The notes beneath the pieces are model-generated. The model was not told where the DNA came from, did no database searches, and worked only from the letters and a program-made list of their open reading frames with translations. DNA of 36,718 bases from the NCBI GenBank assembly GCA_024277605.1, contig JAJRUU010000063.1, positions 1 through 36,718 on the forward strand, given 5' to 3'. The translations under genes were made by a program, and so were the position numbers. The DNA is from a bacterium. GTDB lineage: Bacteria; SZUA-182; SZUA-191; JAJRXT01. Shown one piece after another: positions 24,055 through 32,380 of this stretch (position 1 is the stretch's first letter; every line of letters begins with the position of its first letter).

Positions 24055-25884
24055 ATGTATCGGGCGTTTTTCAATTTAAGAGAAGATCCCTTTAGTTTAA
24101 ATCCAGATCCTCATTTCCTGTTTCCCAGTGAACGCCACCGGGATGCTTTCCGCTATTTGCTCTACGGTATAAAGAACCGTGAGGGTTTTATAGAAGTCAT
24201 TGGAGATGTAGGTACCGGCAAGACTCTGTTGTGTCGTGCTTTACTGGCTCTTTTAGGAACCGAGGTCAAGAGTGCCCTGATCCTGAATCCGCCGTATTCG
24301 GATGTCGAGTTTTTTGAATATGTGATGAAGGATTTGGGTATTTCCAGAGATGTGGAAAGCCGCCGGGGGGCGCTGGAAAGCTTGAATGAATTTCTCTTGC
24401 AAGAGTATAGAGAAGGCCGTAATGTAATTATCATTATTGATGAAGCGCAACATTTGAGCAGTGATTTACTGGAGCAGGTGCGCCTGTTATCCAATTTAGA
24501 GACAGAGAAGAAAAAACTACTACAAATAATTTTGGTAGGCCAGCCGGAATTAGAGGATAGATTAAGAAATCCGAATATGAGGCAGTTGGATCAGCGAATC
24601 ACCTTACGTTACTATTTAGAAAACTTAAAAAAGAATGAAATAAAGCAGTATATATATCACCGCCTGCGGATCGCCGGATCTCCCGGAGATATAAAGTTTA
24701 CCCGCGGGGCGTTAAAAAAGGTGTATAAATTTTCCAAGGGAATTCCCCGGTTAATAAACGTCGCCTGCGACAAGGCCTTACTCACTGCTTATTTCTTTAA
24801 AAGCAAGCGCATAACAGCCAAGCATGTAACTATTGCTTTAAGAAGTACCCAGCGAAGGTGGCGGAAATGCCCGCGGTTATCCAAAATCGGCTTTACCAAT
24901 GCGGCTTACACCTTTGCAATTCTGACGGTATTATTCTTCCTGATTGTGAACTGGCAGTCTTATAAGGAACTGCATGTCTGGACTAAGAAGATAAATCCGG
25001 TTCTGTCGCTTATAAAGGCCAGCGTATTGCGTCCTACTTATTTACCTCCGGCTACAGATGATGAAGTAACATCTGGAATACAAGAGCAAATTTTGCCTCT
25101 GCTTGGGGAAAAGGTAGCCATTCATAAAGCGCCGGTGGAAGCTCCTTTAGCAGTTGAGATTCCCAAACCGGTGGAAGCTCCGGTACCGCTAAAAGTGGCA
25201 GAACCAGTTAGGAAAAAACCACCAAAACCAAAAGCGCCGCCGGTCACCAAAGACTATGATTCAGTTTCTCTGGCCAATCTGTTGGCCATCTGGGGAGGAG
25301 ATAGATCGGCAGATATGGACAGTTGGGAAAGGGACGGCAGTGGTACATTAGAATATGAAAAAATAGCCAGGCAGTATGGACTGGATACAGTTTTACTTAA
25401 GGCTGATTTGCAGGAGTTGGGGATTCTAAATTTACCCTGTATATTACCCCAAATAACTGATTCCCAATCAAAACAGAAGCTTTCGTTGGTATTGGTCGGC
25501 ATATCGGAGGAGTGGGCCATGGTTATCCACCCTGAAGCCGGAGAAGTAAATTATGCAAGGGATGATTTGTCTTCCCGCTGGTCAGGGGAGGCAATTATAT
25601 TGTGGCGCAATGTTGATAATTTAATCTCCGAACCGATTTCTCCCTGGCGAAGTGAAGCTGGAATTGAGAAAATCGAGGAACGGCTGCGTCAACTGGGGTA
25701 TTTTAAAGAACAGCCGTCTACTGATATGGAAATACGCAAAAATCAACGGGCAAGGGCGCTGATGAATTTCCAGCATGACCATCGCCTTGAAGTAGACGGT
25801 ATTTTGGGAATCCGTACTCGATTAGTCCTTTATAATGTTATTGATCAACCATTTACTCCGACACTAAAGCGAGATATCTTTTAA
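24055..25884 (+). CDS. ExeA/GspA/MshM-like AAA+ ATPase with TM segment and C-terminal peptidoglycan-binding domain
   Basis: 609-aa ORF with 'FFNLREDPFSLNPDPHFLF', Walker A 'GDVGTGKT' and Walker B 'IIIIDEAQHL'. It has a central TM helix, a Pro-rich linker, and a C-terminal 'FQHDHRLEVDGILGIRT' PG_binding_1-like motif. Confidence 0.85.
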   Translation: MYRAFFNLREDPFSLNPDPHFLFPSERHRDAFRYLLYGIKNREGFIEVIGDVGTGKTLLCRALLALLGTEVKSALILNPPYSDVEFFEYVMKDLGISRDVESRRGALESLNEFLLQEYREGRNVIIIIDEAQHLSSDLLEQVRLLSNLETEKKKLLQIILVGQPELEDRLRNPNMRQLDQRITLRYYLENLKKNEIKQYIYHRLRIAGSPGDIKFTRGALKKVYKFSKGIPRLINVACDKALLTAYFFKSKRITAKHVTIALRSTQRRWRKCPRLSKIGFTNAAYTFAILTVLFFLIVNWQSYKELHVWTKKINPVLSLIKASVLRPTYLPPATDDEVTSGIQEQILPLLGEKVAIHKAPVEAPLAVEIPKPVEAPVPLKVAEPVRKKPPKPKAPPVTKDYDSVSLANLLAIWGGDRSADMDSWERDGSGTLEYEKIARQYGLDTVLLKADLQELGILNLPCILPQITDSQSKQKLSLVLVGISEEWAMVIHPEAGEVNYARDDLSSRWSGEAIILWRNVDNLISEPISPWRSEAGIEKIEERLRQLGYFKEQPSTDMEIRKNQRARALMNFQHDHRLEVDGILGIRTRLVLYNVIDQPFTPTLKRDIF

Positions 25885-25897
25885 GGGCGGATGAAAA

Positions 25898-26767
25898 ATG
25901 AGCGTTCTTTATGATCGGTTAAAAAATGTCGAGAAAGAAAAACGGCCGGAATCTCCCATAAGTGAAGAGGAAGGTTTCCCCATAGAGGGTGAAATTAAGC
26001 GCCAGAAAAGCGAACAGCAGCGAAGAAGAAAACGGGGAGGGATGGGAGGTTTGTTTTTATTCTTTGTGCTGATTTTCATTGGTGCGGTGATTATCTCGGT
26101 TAAGGATATCAACCGGAAGGAGCTGAGCGCTAAGCCATCAGTAAAAAAATTGTTGACAGCCCCCTCTGCCGAAAAAGCTAAACCTGCTTCTGCTGAAAAA
26201 ACTGAACCTACAGCCGTTGCTGAAAAAGCTACAGCTACCTCTGCTTCTGAGAAAACTAACCCCAGCGCCTCTCCAGAGGAAACTAAATCTGCATCCCCTA
26301 CAGAAAAAGCTGAGATCACTCCGGTCGAGGGAACCAAAGAAGAGGCTGTAACTACGGCTGCTATATCCAAGGCTGCGACTAAGCCGGAATCCCAACCAGG
26401 AAAGTTATTTGAAGAGGGCGCCCAATTATATAAACAACATAAGTATGAAGAGGCAGTTGCGGTTTATATGCAAGGCTTACAGGATAATCCTCAATATGCG
26501 GTGGGGTATAATAATTTGGGTGTTGTCTACTACAAACAGGATGAGTTGCGGAAGAGTTCGGCTCAGTTTAAACAAGCTGTAGAGTTTAATCCCCGGTATG
26601 CTGAAGCCCATTATAATTTAGCAGTAGTGTTGGAAAAATTGGGTCAGGAAAAGAAGGCCTTAATCCATTACCTTAAATTTTTGGAGTTTGCCCCCTTAGA
26701 ACAATATAAGTTAAAAAACAAGGAATTACAGGATAAAGTACAAGCTCATATTCGCTATTATTATTAA
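25898..26767 (+). CDS. Membrane-anchored TPR protein (MshN-like position)
   Basis: 289-aa ORF with a TM helix 'LFLFFVLIFIGAVIISV' and an (A/S/T)EK-rich low-complexity spacer. Its TPR repeats include 'YAVGYNNLGVVYYKQDELRKSSAQFKQAVEFNPRYAEAHYNLAVVLEKLGQ'. Confidence 0.75.
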   Translation: MSVLYDRLKNVEKEKRPESPISEEEGFPIEGEIKRQKSEQQRRRKRGGMGGLFLFFVLIFIGAVIISVKDINRKELSAKPSVKKLLTAPSAEKAKPASAEKTEPTAVAEKATATSASEKTNPSASPEETKSASPTEKAEITPVEGTKEEAVTTAAISKAATKPESQPGKLFEEGAQLYKQHKYEEAVAVYMQGLQDNPQYAVGYNNLGVVYYKQDELRKSSAQFKQAVEFNPRYAEAHYNLAVVLEKLGQEKKALIHYLKFLEFAPLEQYKLKNKELQDKVQAHIRYYY

Positions 26768-26781
26768 TCTCAGGAGGTAAA

Positions 26782-28542
26782 ATGGCAGTGAGACAGGCGC
26801 CCGCTCCTCCAGATACCGGTGATTCATTAGTCAGGCTACTTATAAACAAGAAACTGCTCTCTAATGTTCAGCTGGAGTTGGCCCAGGAAATCCAAAAACG
26901 ACGGGATGAAAACCTTAAAGATATCCTTGTTCGGATGGGTTGGGTTTCTGAAGAAGATATAATAAAACTGCAGGGAGAGCTGTGGAAAATACCTGTTTTT
27001 AATCCCGATCACCTAAAAAAGATAGATCCCGCCTTACTCAGCCAGATCCCCGAATATTTAAGTCGTAAGCACAATATATTACCCATTAATAAGGAGAATG
27101 GCAAGGTATGGGTGGCCATGAGCGATCCATTCGATCTGGTGGTGCTTGATGACCTGCAGCGGGTAACCAAGGCCGAAGTAAAACCGCTTATAATTTCCGA
27201 AGCAGATGTCAAGAAATATATTGATCAATGTTATAAAAAGAAAACCGGTAAAGCGGCGGAAGATAAGCAAGAAGAGCATCTAAGAGACCAGATCATAGAT
27301 GAGATGAGCGAGTTCGAACTGGATATTGACGGAGCTAACGCGGGGGAAGAAGAAGAGCAGTTAAAAGTCAGTACCAGTGATCCCCCGGTGGTAAGGCTGG
27401 TGAATTTTATGCTGGTGCAGGCCATTAATGATAAGGCATCTGATATTCATGTAGAGCCCATAGAAGATGGAATAAAGGTGCGCTATCGGGTTGATGGCTC
27501 CTTGTTTGAGCTGGTTAATTCACCCAAGAAATTTAAAGCGGCCATCATTTCCCGGATAAAGATCCTTTCCGGTATGGATATATCGGTAAAACGCGTTCCG
27601 CAGGATGGGGCGTTCACTATCCATCAGGATGGAGCGGAGGTGGATTTTCGGGTTTCGTCTCTCCCGATTATATATGGAGAAAAGATTGTGCTCCGGTTAT
27701 TGGTACGAAATGCGGTTACCGGAAACACCTTAGAGGGTTTGGATATGGGGGAGCGCAATCTGAATGTATTTAAGAAGATGATTTATCGGCCACACGGAAT
27801 GATTCTGGTTACCGGCCCTACCGGATCGGGTAAATCCACCACACTTTATACGGTATTAAATGCCATAAATGATCCTTGTAAGAATATTATTACAGTAGAA
27901 GATCCTTGCGAGTATCGGTTGGCTGGGATTCAGCAGGTGCAGGTTAAGCCGGATCTGGGTTTTGATTTTGCGGATGCGCTACGGACTATTTTACGGCAGG
28001 ATCCTGATATTGTTATGATTGGTTAAATCCGGGATAGCGTGACCGCCCATATTGCGGTCAAGGCTTCTTTAACCGGACATTTGGTGCTTTCCACGCTGCA
28101 TACCAACGATGCTCCGGGAGCTATTGTGAGGTTGGTGGATATCGGCTTAGAGCCCTTCCTGGTGGCCTCTTCGGTGACTATGGCAGTGGCCCAGCGCTTG
28201 GTGAAAAGAATTTGTAGTCATTGCAAGGAAAAATATCAAGCTTCTCTAGACGAGAAGGAGATTATAGGTTGGGACCCCAAAAAGGAACTGATCTTGCACC
28301 GAGGTAAAGGGTGTAAGGACTGTCGGAATACAGGCTATGCCGGTAGAGCGGCTGTGTTTGAGGTCTTGGAGATGTCGCCTGAGATCAAATGTTTAATGTT
28401 GGAAGGGGGATCCATGGATGCCGTCCGTGAAAAAGCTATTGAGCAGGGGATGGAAACTTTGCGGGATTGCGGCTTTCGCCGGATGCATGCGGGTATTACC
28501 ACCCTGGAATCAGTCTTGGCGGTTTGCGTCGGAGAGGATTAA
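26782..28542 (+). pseudogene. pilB: PilB/MshE-type pilus extension ATPase interrupted by one in-frame TAA (28024-28026)
   Basis: It has a GspE_N domain, then Walker A 'GPTGSGKST', then 'LRQDPDIVMIG' TAA '[29 protein letters not shown]'. A tetracysteine 'CSHC...CKDC' follows. Both track ORFs (26782-28026 and 28039-28542) are in the same frame. The stop sits where homologues have the Glu of GEIRD. Confidence 0.9.
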
Positions 28543-28550
28543 CCCTTAAT

Positions 28551-29810
28551 ATGCCTAGATATCACTATGAAGTTATAGATACAGACGGTGGTCTCCGCCG
28601 CGGGGAAATGGAAGAGGAAACCCCGGAACGTCTGGCCGATGCCTTGCAGAAGAAGGGTTTGATTGTAGTTTCTATAAACCGCTACGGAGGTGTGGAGGCT
28701 GGACAAATCAGCGGCATCAAGGCGTTTTTTGATAATTTAAACAATAAGCTTGTTCTCGGGAGTGGTAAGGTAAAACTCTCATTTGTATTGCAATTTACTA
28801 CCCAGATGGCGAGCATGGTAGGGGCTGGGTTGCATCTTTTGCGAACCTTAACCAGTTTAACGGAAGATATGACTGATAAGCGCTTTAAGATAATGTTGCA
28901 GAACATAAAAACGCAAGTAGAAGGAGGAGAGACGTTTTCCTCGGCCCTGGCTATGTATCCCAAAACATTTGGAGATATATACGTCAATCTGGTTAAGGCC
29001 GCCGAAGCTACCGGGGAAATGGATACTATCCTAAATCAATTGGCGATTTATTTGGAAAAGACGATGACTTTACGTCGGAAAGTCAAGGGAGCTTTAACAT
29101 ATCCTATATGCATATTGGTATTCGCTTTGATAGCGATTTTAGTTTTAGTGCTCAAGATTGTTCCCATATTTGAGGCAACATTTAACAAGTTGGGGGCGGA
29201 CCTGCCGCTCCCAACTCAAATTTTGATAGATGGCACTAACTTTATAAGAGATTATTTTTTCTTTGCCGGTTGTGCTTTGGCTGGCATTATCTTTGTCCTG
29301 GTTAAATTCTTTAGTACTCAAAGGGGTAGGTATATTTGGGATAAGATGATTGTGAAATTTCCTGTATTTGGGCCTTTAATTTGGAAGACGGTATTGACCC
29401 GTTTTATGCAAACCCTGTCCATTCTATTAAGCAGTGGGGTAAGTGTCTTAGAAGCGCTTAGATTAGCTGGAAAAGCTAGCGCCCACAAGGTATTGGAAAA
29501 AAGCGCTTATCAGTGTATCGATAGTATTCGGGATGGGAGTGGGATTAGTGAGGCGCTGGAGGCGACTGGGGTGTTTCCCGACATCGTGTTGCGTATGGTG
29601 AGTACCGGTGAGGAGGCTGGTACCCTGCCCGCTATGCTGGATAAGGTAACTCAGTATTTTGAACAGCAAGTTGAGACAACAGTAGACGCACTGTCTTCAT
29701 TGATTGAACCGCTCTTGATTGTATTTCTGGGAACCATTATTGGCGCTATCATCGTATCTATCTTCCTGCCCATCTTCCGCATGGGAGATGCCATAAAGGG
29801 AGTAAAATAA
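28551..29810 (+). CDS. pilC: PilC/GspF-type pilus platform protein
   Basis: The ATG at 28551 gives 'MPRYHYEVIDTDGG...', 419 aa with two T2SSF-like repeats and 3 TM helices. The longer track start at 28467 overlaps pilB and is rejected. Confidence 0.9.
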   Translation: MPRYHYEVIDTDGGLRRGEMEEETPERLADALQKKGLIVVSINRYGGVEAGQISGIKAFFDNLNNKLVLGSGKVKLSFVLQFTTQMASMVGAGLHLLRTLTSLTEDMTDKRFKIMLQNIKTQVEGGETFSSALAMYPKTFGDIYVNLVKAAEATGEMDTILNQLAIYLEKTMTLRRKVKGALTYPICILVFALIAILVLVLKIVPIFEATFNKLGADLPLPTQILIDGTNFIRDYFFFAGCALAGIIFVLVKFFSTQRGRYIWDKMIVKFPVFGPLIWKTVLTRFMQTLSILLSSGVSVLEALRLAGKASAHKVLEKSAYQCIDSIRDGSGISEALEATGVFPDIVLRMVSTGEEAGTLPAMLDKVTQYFEQQVETTVDALSSLIEPLLIVFLGTIIGAIIVSIFLPIFRMGDAIKGVK

Positions 29811-29825
29811 AGGAGTAACCAAATC

Positions 29826-31022
29826 ATGATATTAGACGAAGAGCAAGAACAAATTGCTGAACCAAAGCCAAGGGATATTGCTGGGGACAAGCGAGCAGAT
29901 AAGGGGGTGGAAAGTTTAAGCATTAGGCAATTAGTGGAGCGGATGGTGGCTGAGAGGGCATCGGATATCCACATCAATGCCGGTAGTCCGCCTATATATA
30001 GAATAGACGGAAATCTGGTGGATTTGGGTTATCCCAGGCTTACTCCCGAAAAATGTAAGCAACTGATATTTAGCGTGCTAAAAGAAAAACAAATTGCCAT
30101 GTTTGACGAGGTGAACGAGATAGATTTTTCTTTTGGTATTCCCGGCGTGGGGCGGCTTCGGGCTAATGCCTATATCCAACGTGGAACCTTTGGTCTAGCC
30201 TTAAGAAATATCCCGTATCGTATCCCGATGGTTGAAGAATTGGGATTGCCCAAGGTGGTAATCTCGCTTTGCCAGAAGCAAAGAGGATTGGTCTTGATTA
30301 CCGGCCCTACGGGTTACGGTAAGTCTACCAGCCTGGCGGCTATGCTTGGGTATATAAACAAGAAATATGCAAAACATATTATTACCGTTGAAGACCCTAT
30401 AGAATATTTACACCGCAATGAGAAATCGATGGTTACCCAGCGTGAAATAGGCGTAGACACCAAAACCTTTAATAGCGCTTTGCGCACAATTTTAAGGCAG
30501 GATCCGGATGTGGTGCTCATCGGTGAGATGCGCGATCTGTAAACTATTCAGGCTGCGCTGACTATTGCGGAGACGGGCCATTTGACCTTTGCTACATTGC
30601 ATACCAATTCAGCGGTAGAAACCATAAACCGGATTATTGACGCCTTTGACAGTGGCAGACAATCTCAGATAAGAACGCAGCTGTCATTCGTGTTGGAGGG
30701 GATAATCGCTCAGCAGTTGATCCCTCGCTGTAATACAGCCGGTCGTGTATTGTCGGCCGAAATTCTGGTGCCTAATATGGCTATCAGGAATTTGATTCGT
30801 GAAGGAAAAATCCACCAGATCTATAGTATTATGCAAACTTCTCAGGCGGCCACTATTATGCAAACCATGAACCGCTCGCTCCTGTCTTTATATAAGAACG
30901 GAGAAATAAGTTATGAGGAGTTGATGTATCGCACCACCGATCGAACGGAACTTATGGAAATGCTGAAAACCCAAAAACAAGTTGTGACATCGACCAAAAG
31001 AGCATTATTTGGCAAAAAATGA
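29826..31022 (+). pseudogene. pilT: PilT-type retraction ATPase interrupted by one in-frame TAA (30540-30542)
   Basis: 'ASDIHINAGSPPIYRIDG' is followed by Walker A 'GPTGYGKST', then '[16 protein letters not shown]' TAA '[24 protein letters not shown]', then 'AIRNLIREGK'. Both track ORFs (29826-30542 and 30582-31022) share one frame. The stop sits where homologues have the Glu of RDLET. Confidence 0.9.
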
Positions 31023-31132
31023 GACTTACGTTATAGCCTAACATGATTTATTATAAAGCGAAGCAATCTCTTTGATAAAAAAACGGGGGAATATTCGTTG
31101 TAAATCGTTACCTGAAATTGGAGATAAGTTTT

Positions 31133-32281
31133 ATGTATAAATATAGAGCTCCGAAGAAACGCCGAAGTTATTATATGCTGATTACCATGATAATTGGGTT
31201 GGCCCTCATCGGGTCTGGGGTATATGCTGAGTATGGACAATTAAGAATCAAAATAGGTGGTTTTGTTCTGGAATATTGGATTATTTCTTTGTTCCTTATG
31301 GTGCTGGGGGCCAGCTCCCTGGTGGTGTGCATAGTCAGCGGCTTATTGCTGGGAGAAACCAAAGAGAAGCTCAATGATATGCTGGGTGATAGTTTAGACA
31401 AATTCCAAAAGGTCCAAATGGATTTTCTCAAACACACTTTTTCGGTGACCGGGCAGTCATTGGCGTATAAGCTGGAGGACATTTTGGATCCCCGCTATAG
31501 AATAGTGGTTGCCGCTAATGGCCAGCGTGGTATTGAACCTAACCCTCAAACCTTTGATAAATTAGCCAGACATATTCGTACCTATACCAATGATTTTATT
31601 GCATCTCCGGTCAGAAAGGGGCAAAAGGATACAGTAATCCTAATTAATGGGATTACTTTGAAAGATTTAGTAGACCCTGGAAATCAACTTTCTAATGCGA
31701 TTACTCAAGCGATTAAGGAACTGAGTTATGAGTCACGCAAACGCAGCCTTGGTGATCGGAAGTTAATAATTAGAGCAATGATGCTTTCTCCTCAGAGCGA
31801 GACCATAAATTTCAGGAGAACCTATGGCGGGTCAGTGCCCAGCCACAAACCCATGGTGATAGATGAAGAAATAGAGACATTTTTCCAGCAGTATCCTATA
31901 AAAAATCAAACCGATGAGGCCGCTCAAGAGGTTGAGGAGCGACTTCATGGGGATATTGAGTATTCTATTCGGGCGTTTAAAAATTTGACCCATATTATAG
32001 AGACCAAGCGCTCCGCTGTTAAACTTGAGCTGAAACAGACAGTGGTGTTACCCTCAGCGTATTTTATTATCACCAATGATTTTATATTCATAGAGCAGTA
32101 CCATCTAGGGCGGGAGAATATAAACGGTAAGTATAAATGCTTGGTAGGTACAGTCCCTATGTTCCAGTTTGCCGCCGATTCGCCGGTATATGACAATATG
32201 CGCAAACACTTTGAGTTTTTGTGGACAGTGGATTTAAATAAGGAGTTAAACCAGGTTTTCAGGGTGGAACAATTAATCTGA
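31133..32281 (+). CDS. Unknown two-TM membrane protein with cytoplasmic domain, C-terminus DUF5919-like
   Basis: 382 aa from the ATG at 31133 (the TTG at 31118 is also possible). TM helices are 'YYMLITMIIGLALIGSGVY' and 'WIISLFLMVLGASSLVVCIVSGLLL'. The C-terminus 'FIITNDFIFIEQYHLGRE...VPMFQFAADSPVYDNMRKHFEFLW' resembles the DUF5919 pattern as I recall it. Confidence 0.6.
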   Translation: MYKYRAPKKRRSYYMLITMIIGLALIGSGVYAEYGQLRIKIGGFVLEYWIISLFLMVLGASSLVVCIVSGLLLGETKEKLNDMLGDSLDKFQKVQMDFLKHTFSVTGQSLAYKLEDILDPRYRIVVAANGQRGIEPNPQTFDKLARHIRTYTNDFIASPVRKGQKDTVILINGITLKDLVDPGNQLSNAITQAIKELSYESRKRSLGDRKLIIRAMMLSPQSETINFRRTYGGSVPSHKPMVIDEEIETFFQQYPIKNQTDEAAQEVEERLHGDIEYSIRAFKNLTHIIETKRSAVKLELKQTVVLPSAYFIITNDFIFIEQYHLGRENINGKYKCLVGTVPMFQFAADSPVYDNMRKHFEFLWTVDLNKELNQVFRVEQLI

Positions 32282-32380
32282 CGCAGGCTATTTGTAAATC
32301 TGGCGTTTAAAACCGATTTACAGGGTAGTATAATTCAAAAACAGGATAAGATGCGCTAACAACAAGGAGCGAGACAGTAG

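Noticed and set aside
28467-28550. Longer pilC start overlapping the pilB 3' end
   Set aside because: The ATG at 28551 lies 8 nt after the pilB stop and gives the typical PilC N-terminus (MPRYHYEVID…). The upstream extension is merely the alternative frame of pilB.
28024-30542. Idea that TAA is globally reassigned to Glu (alternative genetic code) because both pilB and pilT have TAA at conserved Glu positions
   Set aside because: TAA terminates many genes in this window exactly where homologues end: the pilB C-terminus at 28540-28542, pilC at 29808-29810, pilM at 20748-20750, pilQ, the ExeA-like gene, the antitoxin and the small peptide. A global reassignment is therefore not tenable. Only site-specific explanations remain.
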